From Bacteroides sp. UBA7333 (GTDB lineage Bacteria; Bacteroidota; Bacteroidia; Bacteroidales; Bacteroidaceae): a stretch of 64,000 nt of DNA. The position numbers and the translations under genes are program-made. This document shows positions 22,427-31,895 of this stretch, in pieces. Numbering within the stretch: the first letter of the stretch is position 1; each line of letters begins with the position of its first letter. The notes below the pieces were generated by a model. It was given only the letters and a program-made list of their open reading frames with translations, ran no database searches and was not told the origin of the DNA. The DNA is taken from assembly GCA_002471195.1 (NCBI GenBank), contig DKPN01000067.1, forward strand, positions 46,126 to 110,125, given 5' to 3'.

Positions 22427-23056
22427 ATGTTAGTCGATTTTACAGTAACCGAATTTATGAATAAAGTGGCAGGCAGTGAGCCTGTTCCCGGTGGCGGAAG
22501 TATAGCTGCCTTAAATGGTGCAATCGCGGCATCGCTCACCGCTATGGTAGCCGGACTCACCATAGGAAAAAAGAACTATGCCCAACATGAAGCCTTGATG
22601 GAACGTATCCAGTCATTGGCCATGCGCAATCAGTCTACATTTTTGCAAGACGTAGATCGCGATGCACAGGCCTACTTCGAAGTGTTCGACAGCTACAAAC
22701 TGCCCAAAGCAACCAATGAAGAAAAATCATATCGTCATCAAGCCATACAAGATGCTACCCGTTATGCTGCCCTCGTGCCTATGCAAGTAGCTCGTAAGGC
22801 TTTTGAATTGATGACCATCATTAACGATGTGGCTCGTTATGGCAATAAAAATGCGGTGACGGATGCCTGTGTAGCCATGATGTCGGCACGTACAGCAGTG
22901 TTGGCAGCTTTGATGAATGTGCGTATCAACCTAGGGTCGCTCGATGATAAAGCCTATGCCGAAGAATTGTTTGATGAAGCCGATCGGCTTGAGATGAAAG
23001 CATGCAAGGCCGAACAAGAATTGATGGATACCGTAAAACAACAATTAAGCCTATGA
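22427..23056 (+). CDS. Formiminotetrahydrofolate cyclodeaminase family protein (FTCD C-terminal domain)
   Basis: PVPGGGSIAAL, GNKNAVTD, NVRINL; hut operon context. Confidence 0.93.
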   Translation: MLVDFTVTEFMNKVAGSEPVPGGGSIAALNGAIAASLTAMVAGLTIGKKNYAQHEALMERIQSLAMRNQSTFLQDVDRDAQAYFEVFDSYKLPKATNEEKSYRHQAIQDATRYAALVPMQVARKAFELMTIINDVARYGNKNAVTDACVAMMSARTAVLAALMNVRINLGSLDDKAYAEELFDEADRLEMKACKAEQELMDTVKQQLSL

Positions 23057-24549
23057 ACAACGTATATTATGTAGGTTCGGAACGTCTGAACTTTGATACC
23101 ATTGAGCGTATCATAAACGAAAATCTAAAGCTAGAATTGTCACCCGAGGCCAAACAGCGAATTGTTCGTTGTCGCGAATATCTCGACCGTAAAATTTCCG
23201 AATCGGATGTTCCGCTATATGGCATCACTACCGGTTTCGGATCGCTTTGCAACAAAACAATTTCGCCCGATGAGTTAGGAACATTGCAAGAAAATCTTAT
23301 CAAGAGTCATGCATGCAGTGTAGGCGATGAAATAAGTCCCGTTATTATTAAATTGATGATGTTGTTTAAGGCACATGCTTTATCGCTCGGTCATAGCGGG
23401 GTGCAATTGGTTACTGTGCAGCGTATTCTCGACTTCTTTAATAATGATGTGATGCCCATCGTTTATGATCGCGGCTCATTGGGAGCATCTGGCGATTTAG
23501 CACCCTTAGCCAATCTGTTTTTACCACTCATTGGGGTTGGCGATGTATATTATAAAGGAAAAAAACGCGAAGCAATCAGTGTGCTCGATGAGTTTGGTTG
23601 GGAACCTGTTAAGTTGAAAAGTAAAGAGGGGCTTGCATTGCTCAATGGTACCCAGTTTATGAGTGCCAATGGTGTATTTGCTATTTTAAAAGCTTTCCGA
23701 TTGGCCAAGAAAGCCGACTTGATAGCCGCACTTTCACTCGAAGCTTTCGATGGTCGCATCGAGCCATTTATGGATTGCATTCAACAAATTCGCCCGCATC
23801 AAGGGCAAATCGAGACCGGAGCTACATTTCGCAAGTTGCTCGAAGGAAGCGAAATTATCGCTCATCCTAAAAAACATGTTCAAGATCCCTATTCTTTTCG
23901 CTGCATACCTCAGGTGCATGGTGCCACAAAAGATGCTATCAATTACGTAGCGTCTGTTTTGCTTACCGAGATTAATTCGGTAACCGACAATCCTACTATT
24001 TTCCCCGATGAAGATCGAATTATTTCGGGTGGCAACTTTCATGGACAACCCTTGGCAATATCTTACGATTTTCTTGCTATTGCTTTGGCCGAACTAGGCA
24101 ATATATCGGAGCGTAGAGTAGCGCAACTTATCATGGGATTGCGCGAGCTGCCCGAGTTTTTGGTGGCCAATCCCGGATTAAACTCCGGTTTCATGATTCC
24201 GCAATATACAGCTGCCTCTATGGTGAGTCAAAATAAGATGTACTGTTATGCCGCTTCGAGCGATTCAATCGTATCATCCAACGGACAAGAAGATCATGTG
24301 AGTATGGGAGCCAATGCCGCTACTAAGTTATATAAAGTGATGGCCAATTTAGAATATATTCTAGCTATAGAGTTGATGAATGCTGCACAAGGCATCGAAT
24401 TTCGCCGTCCCGAAAAAACATCGCCGATATTAGAAAGATTCCTAAAAGAGTATCGCAAAGAGGTGCCATTTATTGACGAAGATATTGTGATGTATCAAGA
24501 AATACGCAAGACAGTAGCTTTTTTGAATCGTGCCAAATTAGATTTTTAA
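23053..24549 (+). CDS. hutH: Histidine ammonia-lyase
   Basis: YGITTGFG, MIO motif GASGDLAPL, KEGLALLNGT, QDPYSFRC, SGGNFHG. The ATG at 23053 overlaps the upstream TGA. Confidence 0.98.
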   Translation: MNNVYYVGSERLNFDTIERIINENLKLELSPEAKQRIVRCREYLDRKISESDVPLYGITTGFGSLCNKTISPDELGTLQENLIKSHACSVGDEISPVIIKLMMLFKAHALSLGHSGVQLVTVQRILDFFNNDVMPIVYDRGSLGASGDLAPLANLFLPLIGVGDVYYKGKKREAISVLDEFGWEPVKLKSKEGLALLNGTQFMSANGVFAILKAFRLAKKADLIAALSLEAFDGRIEPFMDCIQQIRPHQGQIETGATFRKLLEGSEIIAHPKKHVQDPYSFRCIPQVHGATKDAINYVASVLLTEINSVTDNPTIFPDEDRIISGGNFHGQPLAISYDFLAIALAELGNISERRVAQLIMGLRELPEFLVANPGLNSGFMIPQYTAASMVSQNKMYCYAASSDSIVSSNGQEDHVSMGANAATKLYKVMANLEYILAIELMNAAQGIEFRRPEKTSPILERFLKEYRKEVPFIDEDIVMYQEIRKTVAFLNRAKLDF

Positions 24550-24578
24550 TCTACGAATTCCTTTTTACTTTAACATAG

Positions 24579-24624
24579 TTAAGGTGGGTGCTATCTTGTT
24601 TGTAGAAGATAATACCCACCTTAA
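24579..24624. terminator. Stem-loop between convergent hutH and the ROK gene
   Basis: TTAAGGTGGGTG...TACCCACCTTAA with inner TATCTT/AAGATA. Confidence 0.75.
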
Positions 24625-24645
24625 ATATTTTTAATTGTTGTATCA

Positions 24646-25836
24646 TTAATTTTCGAACATCTTGCTGCGTGCCAACATACATGCACCTATAATTCCTGCT
24701 TTATCTTGCAGTTTCGATGTTACAATTGTGGTGTCTTTATTCACCAAGTTAAGCGAATATTTTCTGACCGACGATTTGATAGGTTGTGTTATATAGTCGC
24801 CTGTCAACGATAACATGCCACCAATAATCACCATTTCGGGATTGAACAGATTGATTAATGCGGCTATCTGTCTACCCAATTTTTGTCCCATCTCTTCTAG
24901 TATGTCGATGCAAAGTACATCCTCCTTTCGGATGGCTTCAACAATATCCGAAAGTGTAATTTCTTCATTGTTTTTTTGTTTTATCGATAAGATAGAGGTT
25001 TCTCCGCTTTGAATCCGTTCTAATAAGATGCGATGCAAGGCAATGCCCGAGGCTTCTGTTTCCATGCATCCTTTCTTGCCACAATGACAAATAATTTGAT
25101 TGTCGCAAAAATGTATATGGCCTAATTCTCCCGAGAAGCCCGATTTTCCCTTATAAGGTTTACCGTCGATAATAATTCCCATTCCTAATCCCCAACCAAT
25201 GTTGATGAATAGTATGTTTTTCTCATTTTTCACACAGCCTTGAATCAGTTCGCCATGTGCCATTCCTCGTGTATCATTATCTATACTTACTTTGTAGCCT
25301 ATTCTTTCGGCAAGGATGTCGGCCAATGATCTATCTTCAAAATTAAAAATGGTATAGCTATAACCACTATCGGGATTTACACGACCTGAAATGTTGAAAT
25401 TGATATTAAGGATCTTGCTTTTATCTAAGGTAAGCTGCTCGATAAATCCTTTTACTATTTCAATTAAATGTTCAAAACTTTCTTCTGTGTTTTCGAAGGA
25501 GTATGGAATATCAAATTTAGAAACAACCATGTCGCCTTTAAAATTGATAACGCCGATATTTACAGAAAATCTGCAAATGTCTACTCCGATAAAATAGCCC
25601 GAATCTGCATTCAGTCCATAAAGATGAGGGTGTCTTCCGCCAGCTGTTTCGAGTTTGCCATAATCCATGATGTCGCCATCTTTATGCATCTCGTTTATGA
25701 ATTTAGTAACCGTAGGCACACTCAAGTTTAACTCCTTTGATAGATCCGGAATTGTAGAACATCCATTATAGATGTAGTAATTAATAATTTGCCTTTTTAT
25801 TAATGAACTTTTAGAACCGCTTTCAATATCTCTCAT
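24646..25836 (-). CDS. ROK-family transcriptional regulator (likely sialic acid/NanR-type repressor)
   Basis: N-terminal wHTH (LSKELNLSVPTV...GGRHP), ROK motifs DNDT, GLGMG, GELGH, CHCGKKGCME; divergent from nanA. Confidence 0.9.
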   Translation of the reverse strand: MRDIESGSKSSLIKRQIINYYIYNGCSTIPDLSKELNLSVPTVTKFINEMHKDGDIMDYGKLETAGGRHPHLYGLNADSGYFIGVDICRFSVNIGVINFKGDMVVSKFDIPYSFENTEESFEHLIEIVKGFIEQLTLDKSKILNINFNISGRVNPDSGYSYTIFNFEDRSLADILAERIGYKVSIDNDTRGMAHGELIQGCVKNEKNILFINIGWGLGMGIIIDGKPYKGKSGFSGELGHIHFCDNQIICHCGKKGCMETEASGIALHRILLERIQSGETSILSIKQKNNEEITLSDIVEAIRKEDVLCIDILEEMGQKLGRQIAALINLFNPEMVIIGGMLSLTGDYITQPIKSSVRKYSLNLVNKDTTIVTSKLQDKAGIIGACMLARSKMFEN

Positions 25837-25876
25837 ACCAATCTTTATATGTTTCTTAAATAGTCATAGATTGCTA

Positions 25877-25902
25877 CAAAATTAATAAACATATTTATTA
25901 AT
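25877..25902 (-). promoter_or_regulatory. ROK gene -7 promoter element overlapped by a palindromic candidate operator
   Basis: TAATTTTG on the - strand at 25877-25884; palindrome ATTAATAAA-cata-TTTATTAAT at 25881-25902. Confidence 0.5.
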
Positions 25903-26105
25903 AAAAGTTTTTGAACAATTATTTTTTTTAAGTTTTCATTAGTTTACGAAATGTATAATAATTATTTGTAAGATGAATAATACTATCTAGAGGATAATAT
26001 CTATAAAATATTAAATATAATGCATTTTATCATATATGTTTGATATTTAATCTCCTAATGAAAATTAAAAAAATTACAAAGATATGCGGATAAAATAAAT
26101 ATGAC

Positions 26106-26113
26106 TATATTTG
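26106..26113 (+). promoter_or_regulatory. Bacteroidetes -7 promoter element upstream of nanA
   Basis: TATATTTG matches TAnnTTTG. Confidence 0.5.
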
Positions 26114-26297
26114 TGATATGATGATATAAAAAAACTCATTAATTGGAGTGGCTAAAACCGTACTTGTTCATATAAGACTTTTAGTGTTAAATAAGATTAA
26201 ATGGCTTTTAGTTTTAGACTTAATATTCTAAAAATGAGTTATTAAATTGTAATCGTTATTTTGAAATCAAATTGTAAAATTTAAATAAAATAGATTT

Positions 26298-27215
26298 ATG
26301 GAAAAGATTAATGGCTTAATTAATGCTCCTTTTACACCTTTTTATCCTAATGGTGAAGTAAACTTAGAACCAATTGATGCATACTGCAAAATGCTTGTTA
26401 AGAATGGTATTGTTGGTGTGTTTATTAACGGATCATCGGGCGAAGGCTATATGTTGACTGAAGATGAACGTAAGGCACTTGCTGAAAAATGGGTTAGTGT
26501 AGCTCCCGAAGGTTTTAAGGTAATTGTGCACGTAGGAAGTACTTGCGTAAAACAAAGCTATAATTTGGCCAAACATGCTCAAGAAATTGGTGCTTGGGGT
26601 ATTGGCGCTATGGCATCTCCATTCCCAAAAGCAGGCAATGTTGAGGTTTTGGTAAAATATTGTGAAGAAATAGCTTGTGGTGCTCCAAATTTACCTTTCT
26701 ATTTCTATCATATTCCTGCATTGAGCGGTGTGTTCTTGCCTATGCTTCCTTTCTTAAAAGCTATCGATGGTCGTGTGCCTAACTTTGCAGGTATTAAATA
26801 TACATTCGAAGCTATGTACGAATACAATCAATGCCGTTTATACAAAGATGGTAAGTTCGACATGTTGCACGGTCAAGACGAAACAATTCTTCCTTGTCTT
26901 GCTATGGGCGGTGCTCAAGGTGGTATCGGTGGAACTACCAACTATAACGGTCGCGAACTAGTAGGTATCTTAGATGCTTGGAAAGCTGGCGATTTAGAAT
27001 TAGCACGCGAACGTCAAAACTTCTCTCAAGAGGTAATCAATGTTATCTGCAATTACCGCGGTAATATTGTAGGCGGAAAACGTATCATGAAATTAATCGG
27101 TTTGGATATGGGTCCTAACAGAACTCCATTCCAAAACATGACAGATGCTGAAGAGCAAGCAATGAAAGCCGAACTAGAAGCGATCAACTTCTTTGAGCGT
27201 TGTAATAAGTTTTAA
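26298..27215 (+). CDS. nanA: N-acetylneuraminate lyase (NanA/NanL)
   Basis: DHDPS fold: NGSSGEG, YHIPALSG, Schiff-base GIKYT; sialic acid cluster context. Confidence 0.93.
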   Translation: MEKINGLINAPFTPFYPNGEVNLEPIDAYCKMLVKNGIVGVFINGSSGEGYMLTEDERKALAEKWVSVAPEGFKVIVHVGSTCVKQSYNLAKHAQEIGAWGIGAMASPFPKAGNVEVLVKYCEEIACGAPNLPFYFYHIPALSGVFLPMLPFLKAIDGRVPNFAGIKYTFEAMYEYNQCRLYKDGKFDMLHGQDETILPCLAMGGAQGGIGGTTNYNGRELVGILDAWKAGDLELARERQNFSQEVINVICNYRGNIVGGKRIMKLIGLDMGPNRTPFQNMTDAEEQAMKAELEAINFFERCNKF

Positions 27216-27236
27216 TGTTTAAATGGGCTATTAATA

Positions 27237-28421
27237 ATGAACATTGAACAACAAAACTATATAAAAGCTTGTGGTGATCAATATCTAAATGATTTGAAAA
27301 CTAATATCCTTCCATTCTGGCTAGAGAATGGAATGGATAAAGTAAATGGCGGACTCTATACATGCCTCGATAGAGATGGTTCTTTGATGGATACCACAAA
27401 ATCGGTATGGTTTCAAGGACGTTTCGCTTTTATCTGTGCTTATGCATACAATCTAGTCGAAAAAAATGATGAGTGGTTGGCTGCATCAAAAAACTGTATC
27501 GACTTTATTGAAAAATACTGTTTTGATACAGATGGCCATATGTTTTTTGAAGTAGCTAATGATGGTACTCCACTTCGCAAACGCCGCTATGTATTCTCTG
27601 AATGTTTTGCTACCATTGCAATGGCCGAATATTCGATAGCATCGGGCGATGCCACTTATGCTCAAAAAGCTTTAGATCTTTTTAAAAGAATAAAATTCAT
27701 GCTCGAAACCGATGGTTTCTTGGCACCCAAATATTGTGATACAGTAAAAATGCGCGGTCACTCTATTACCATGATGCTTATCAATGTAGCAATGGTAGTG
27801 AAAAAAGCGATTTCAGATCCTGTATTAGACGAAACGATCGATCAATCGATTGTTGATTTGGAGAAATATTTTATTCATCCCGAGTTTGAGGCTTTATTAG
27901 AAACTGTAGGCGAGAACGGCGAATTTATTGATACTTGTGTGGGACGAATGATTAATCCCGGACACTGTATTGAAACCGCATGGTTCATCTTCGAGGTGGC
28001 TGTAAACAGAGGCAACGATCAGCATTTGATCGACTTAGGATTGAAAATTCTTGATTGGTCATGGAAGTGGGGCTGGGACGAACAGTATGGTGGAATTATT
28101 AACTTTAGAGATTGTCGTAACTTGCCATGTCAAGACTATGCGCATGATATGAAGTTTTGGTGGCCACAATCCGAAACTGTGATTGCTTCTCTTTATGCTT
28201 ATAAATTGACTAAGGATGAGAAGTACTTAAAAATGCATCAACAAATTCACGATTATACGTACGCTCATTTCACCGATACCGATTATCGCGAATGGTATGG
28301 TTATTTGCATCGTGATGGTAGTGTGTCGCAACCCGCTAAAGGCAATATCTTTAAAGGGCCGTTCCACATACCTCGTATGATGATTAAAAGCAATGATTTA
28401 ATTAAAGAACTTTTGAAGTAG
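27237..28421 (+). CDS. nanE: N-acylglucosamine 2-epimerase (AGE family; Bacteroides NanE)
   Basis: KSVWFQGR, NPGHCIETAWF, KFWWPQ, KGPFHIPR. Confidence 0.92.
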   Translation: MNIEQQNYIKACGDQYLNDLKTNILPFWLENGMDKVNGGLYTCLDRDGSLMDTTKSVWFQGRFAFICAYAYNLVEKNDEWLAASKNCIDFIEKYCFDTDGHMFFEVANDGTPLRKRRYVFSECFATIAMAEYSIASGDATYAQKALDLFKRIKFMLETDGFLAPKYCDTVKMRGHSITMMLINVAMVVKKAISDPVLDETIDQSIVDLEKYFIHPEFEALLETVGENGEFIDTCVGRMINPGHCIETAWFIFEVAVNRGNDQHLIDLGLKILDWSWKWGWDEQYGGIINFRDCRNLPCQDYAHDMKFWWPQSETVIASLYAYKLTKDEKYLKMHQQIHDYTYAHFTDTDYREWYGYLHRDGSVSQPAKGNIFKGPFHIPRMMIKSNDLIKELLK

Positions 28422-28487
28422 TTGGCTCTAAATGCCGGTTATTTATAAAGAAGATATATTATAAACTTTCAAAATAAATGATTTGAC

Positions 28488-30128
28488 ATGAAGAAATTTT
28501 ATATGGTTCTCATGATAGGTGTGATGTCTTTATGGCACGCTAGCGCATTTGCTAACGACACCGTATTTGTCTACCAACCTGAAATTCCTATTCTAATTGA
28601 ACGCAGTGATAATGTATTATATTATCTGCGTATCGATGCCAAAGAAAGCGAACAATTGAACGAGGTGGTTCTAAAATTCGATAAGAAAGTCGATTTAAAA
28701 CAAGTTCAATCGGTAAAACTATATTATGGAGGTACTGAAGCGCGTCAAGATGCTAAAAAAGGTCGTTTCGCACCGGTAAACTATGTATCTTCTTTCGAAG
28801 TAGGCAAAACTTTAGCAGCCAATACATCTTATTCAATGTTAAAGACGCAAGTAAACTTTCCTTCGAATATAGTAAAGTTGAAAACGACTCAAAAACTTTT
28901 TCCTGGTATTAACTACTTCTGGGTAAGTATTCAGATGAAGCCTAATACTGCGATATCGAATACATTAGTATCTTCTATATCGGGTGTGGTGGTCGATAAC
29001 AAACCTGCCATTGTAAGTGTGAAATCTAAAAAAGATATTACACGTCGCTTGGCTATCGGAGTTCGTCATGCCGGTGATGATGGTGCTGCGGGATATCGAA
29101 TTCCGGGATTGGTCACTACAAATGAAGGCACTTTGTTGGGCGTTTATGATGTGCGCTATAATAACAGTGTCGACTTGCAAGAGCATGTCGATGTAGGTTT
29201 GAGTCGTAGCACAGATGGAGGCCAAACATGGGAAGAGATGCGTTTGCCTCTTGCTTTTGGTGAAACGGGCGATTTGCCTGCTGCGCAAAATGGAGTAGGT
29301 GATCCAGCTATCTTAGTAGATAGAAATACGGGTACTATTTGGGTAGTTGCTGCTTGGACACACGGTATGGGTAATACTCGCGCTTGGTGGAGCTCTCATC
29401 CGGGTATGGATGAGTATCAAACTGCGCAGTTGATATTAACAAAAAGTACTGACGATGGTAAAACATGGTCAGAACCAATCAATATAACATCGCAAGTAAA
29501 AGATCCATCTTGGTATTTCCTATTGCAGGGTCCGGGTATGGGTATCACTATGCAAGATGGAACGTTGGTGTTTCCAATCCAGTATATCGACGAAAAACGT
29601 GTGCCTAATGCCGGCATTATGTATAGCAAAGATGGTGGCCAAACATGGAAACATCATAACTATGCACGTACCAACACTACCGAAGCACAGGTAGCAGAAA
29701 TTACACCTGGTGTTTTGATGTTGAACATGCGTGATAATCGCGGAGGTAGCCGTGCAGTCGCTACTACTACCGATTTAGGCGAAACTTGGGTAGAGCATCC
29801 TTCGTCGCGTAGTGCATTGCCTGAGTCGGTTTGTATGGCCAGCTTGTTGAATGTGCCTGCAAAAGAGAATGGATTTAAGAAAGATATTCTTTTATTCTCG
29901 AACCCAAATACCACAAAAGGTAGACATCATATTACTATAAAGGCAAGCTTAGATGGTGGTTTAACATGGTTGCCCGAAAATCAATTGCTATTGGATGAGC
30001 ATGATAATTGGGGGTACACTTGTTTGACTATGATCGATAAGGATACAGTGGGCATTTTATACGAAAGTAGTGTAGCTCATTTAACTTTCCAAGCCATTCC
30101 TTTGAAAGATATTATTAAAAAGAAGTAA
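28488..30128 (+). CDS. nanH: Exo-alpha-sialidase GH33 with N-terminal domain and signal peptide
   Basis: YRIP motif; Asp boxes SRSTDGGQTW, STDDGKTW, SKDGGQTW, TTDLGETW, SLDGGLTW. Confidence 0.96.
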   Translation: MKKFYMVLMIGVMSLWHASAFANDTVFVYQPEIPILIERSDNVLYYLRIDAKESEQLNEVVLKFDKKVDLKQVQSVKLYYGGTEARQDAKKGRFAPVNYVSSFEVGKTLAANTSYSMLKTQVNFPSNIVKLKTTQKLFPGINYFWVSIQMKPNTAISNTLVSSISGVVVDNKPAIVSVKSKKDITRRLAIGVRHAGDDGAAGYRIPGLVTTNEGTLLGVYDVRYNNSVDLQEHVDVGLSRSTDGGQTWEEMRLPLAFGETGDLPAAQNGVGDPAILVDRNTGTIWVVAAWTHGMGNTRAWWSSHPGMDEYQTAQLILTKSTDDGKTWSEPINITSQVKDPSWYFLLQGPGMGITMQDGTLVFPIQYIDEKRVPNAGIMYSKDGGQTWKHHNYARTNTTEAQVAEITPGVLMLNMRDNRGGSRAVATTTDLGETWVEHPSSRSALPESVCMASLLNVPAKENGFKKDILLFSNPNTTKGRHHITIKASLDGGLTWLPENQLLLDEHDNWGYTCLTMIDKDTVGILYESSVAHLTFQAIPLKDIIKKK

Positions 30129-30147
30129 CTTTATAATATACCTTTTT

Positions 30148-30183
30148 GATTCCATAATATAGCAATGTATTATGGAATCTTTT
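30148..30183 (+). terminator. Intrinsic terminator after the sialidase
   Basis: GATTCCATAATA/TATTATGGAATC 12-bp stem followed by TTTT. Confidence 0.75.
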
Positions 30184-30231
30184 CAATCGCACAAATACTA
30201 CCTATAATATTGTATACTATAAAAAATATCT

Positions 30232-31779
30232 ATGATGATGAAAAATGTTAGAATTGTAATTTTGTTTTATCTATTTGTCTTTGTTTCTACAATCAGCGCA
30301 CAGGGGATTGCTCAATTAAAGCTTTGCTCCTATTTTACCGATAATATGGTGTTGCAACGAGGGCAAAAGATTAAGGTATCGGGCACAGCGACTGCCCATC
30401 GGCCAATTGTAATTAGCATTGACGGCAAAAAGGTTAAAACAAAAAGCGACTCTAATCATCAATGGCAAGTATATTTACCTTCATTAAAAACGGGAGGCCC
30501 ATATCGAATGACCGTAACAGATGGTAGTGAAAGTATCACTCTGGATAATATTTTGGTGGGCGATGTTTGGTTTTGCTCCGGACAATCTAATATGGAATTT
30601 ATGCTGAAGCAAACACCTATCCGCTCGCAAGAGTTATTGTCTATTGATGATTCTCATCTGCGATTATACAATATGAAAGCTCTTTATCGCACCAATGCAG
30701 TTGAGTGGAATTCGTCAATTCTCGACTCCATTCAAAAAGGTCGCTATTTTGACAATCCTATGTGGTGTGAAGCGAATACTAAAACTTCATCCGATTTTTC
30801 GGCTATAGCCTACTATTTTGGCAAAATGTTGCGCGATAGTTTGAATATACCCATAGGTTTAGTATGCAATGCAATAGGTGGATCGCCTACTGAAGCATGG
30901 ATTGATAAAACTATATTGGAAGAAACGTATCCTGAAATACTAGATGATTGGGAACACAATGATTTGGTTCAAGATTGGGCACGAAAAAGAGGAACTCAAA
31001 ATATTAAACAAGCCACCAATAGCAAACAGATGCATCCTTATATGCCCGGATATTTATATGAAACAGGTGTGAAACCCTTCAGAGAATATCCTATAAAAGG
31101 TGTAATTTGGTATCAAGGCGAATCGAATGCACATAATATAGAATGTCATGAACGTCTTTTTAAGACATTAATTGCTAATTGGCGTCAGAATTGGAAGAAT
31201 AACACTTTGCCTTTTTACTATGTGCAACTTTCGAGCATCAATCGAGAGACGTGGCCTGAGTTTCGTAATAGCCAACGTCGCATGTTGTACGAAATTCCAT
31301 ATTCGGGCATGGCTGTTTCGTCCGATCAGGGCGATTCTTTGGATGTACATCCTGTAAATAAACGTCCCGTTGGAGAACGTTTGGGCAAACTGGCTTTGAA
31401 TCATTGCTATCAAAAAAGAATTATCCCATCCGGACCTCTCTATCGAAAAATGGATGTTAAACAGGATACGGCTTACATCTATTTTGACTACGCAAAACAT
31501 TTGATTTCTTCTGATGGAAAATCTATTCGTGGTTTTGAACTGTCTGCCGATAATGTTCTTTTTTATCCTGCTACGGTTGTTGATGGAGGTTCTTGTATTA
31601 AATTATTCAATGCAAATGTTTTATCTCCCAAATATGTGCGTTATGGATGGCAGCCATATACAACGGCCAATTTAATAAACGAAGAGGGGCTGCCAGCTTC
31701 TACTTTTCGTGCCGATGGAGATAGTTATCATATCGATTATAACAAGCCTTCGTGTCGTGGCATCTCTACGACTGATTAA
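30232..31779 (+). CDS. Sialate O-acetylesterase (SGNH, SASA domain)
   Basis: DNMVLQR, GDVWFCSGQSNM, WYQGESN, DVHP; signal peptide. Confidence 0.92.
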   Translation: MMMKNVRIVILFYLFVFVSTISAQGIAQLKLCSYFTDNMVLQRGQKIKVSGTATAHRPIVISIDGKKVKTKSDSNHQWQVYLPSLKTGGPYRMTVTDGSESITLDNILVGDVWFCSGQSNMEFMLKQTPIRSQELLSIDDSHLRLYNMKALYRTNAVEWNSSILDSIQKGRYFDNPMWCEANTKTSSDFSAIAYYFGKMLRDSLNIPIGLVCNAIGGSPTEAWIDKTILEETYPEILDDWEHNDLVQDWARKRGTQNIKQATNSKQMHPYMPGYLYETGVKPFREYPIKGVIWYQGESNAHNIECHERLFKTLIANWRQNWKNNTLPFYYVQLSSINRETWPEFRNSQRRMLYEIPYSGMAVSSDQGDSLDVHPVNKRPVGERLGKLALNHCYQKRIIPSGPLYRKMDVKQDTAYIYFDYAKHLISSDGKSIRGFELSADNVLFYPATVVDGGSCIKLFNANVLSPKYVRYGWQPYTTANLINEEGLPASTFRADGDSYHIDYNKPSCRGISTTD

Positions 31780-31895
31780 TCATCGAATTTTAAAAACAAA
31801 CTAATAATATATCACGTCAATCCAATTTGAATTCTTACTTTTGAAAGTCTAACCCATTGTATTGACAGGATTTAAACTACTTAATTTAACAAAAC

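Noticed and set aside
18062-24549. hut operon as a horizontally acquired island (looks more GC-rich than the r-protein genes)
   Set aside because: The contrast is explained by expression-related codon bias. The gene set and order are typical of Bacteroides and there are no mobility genes.
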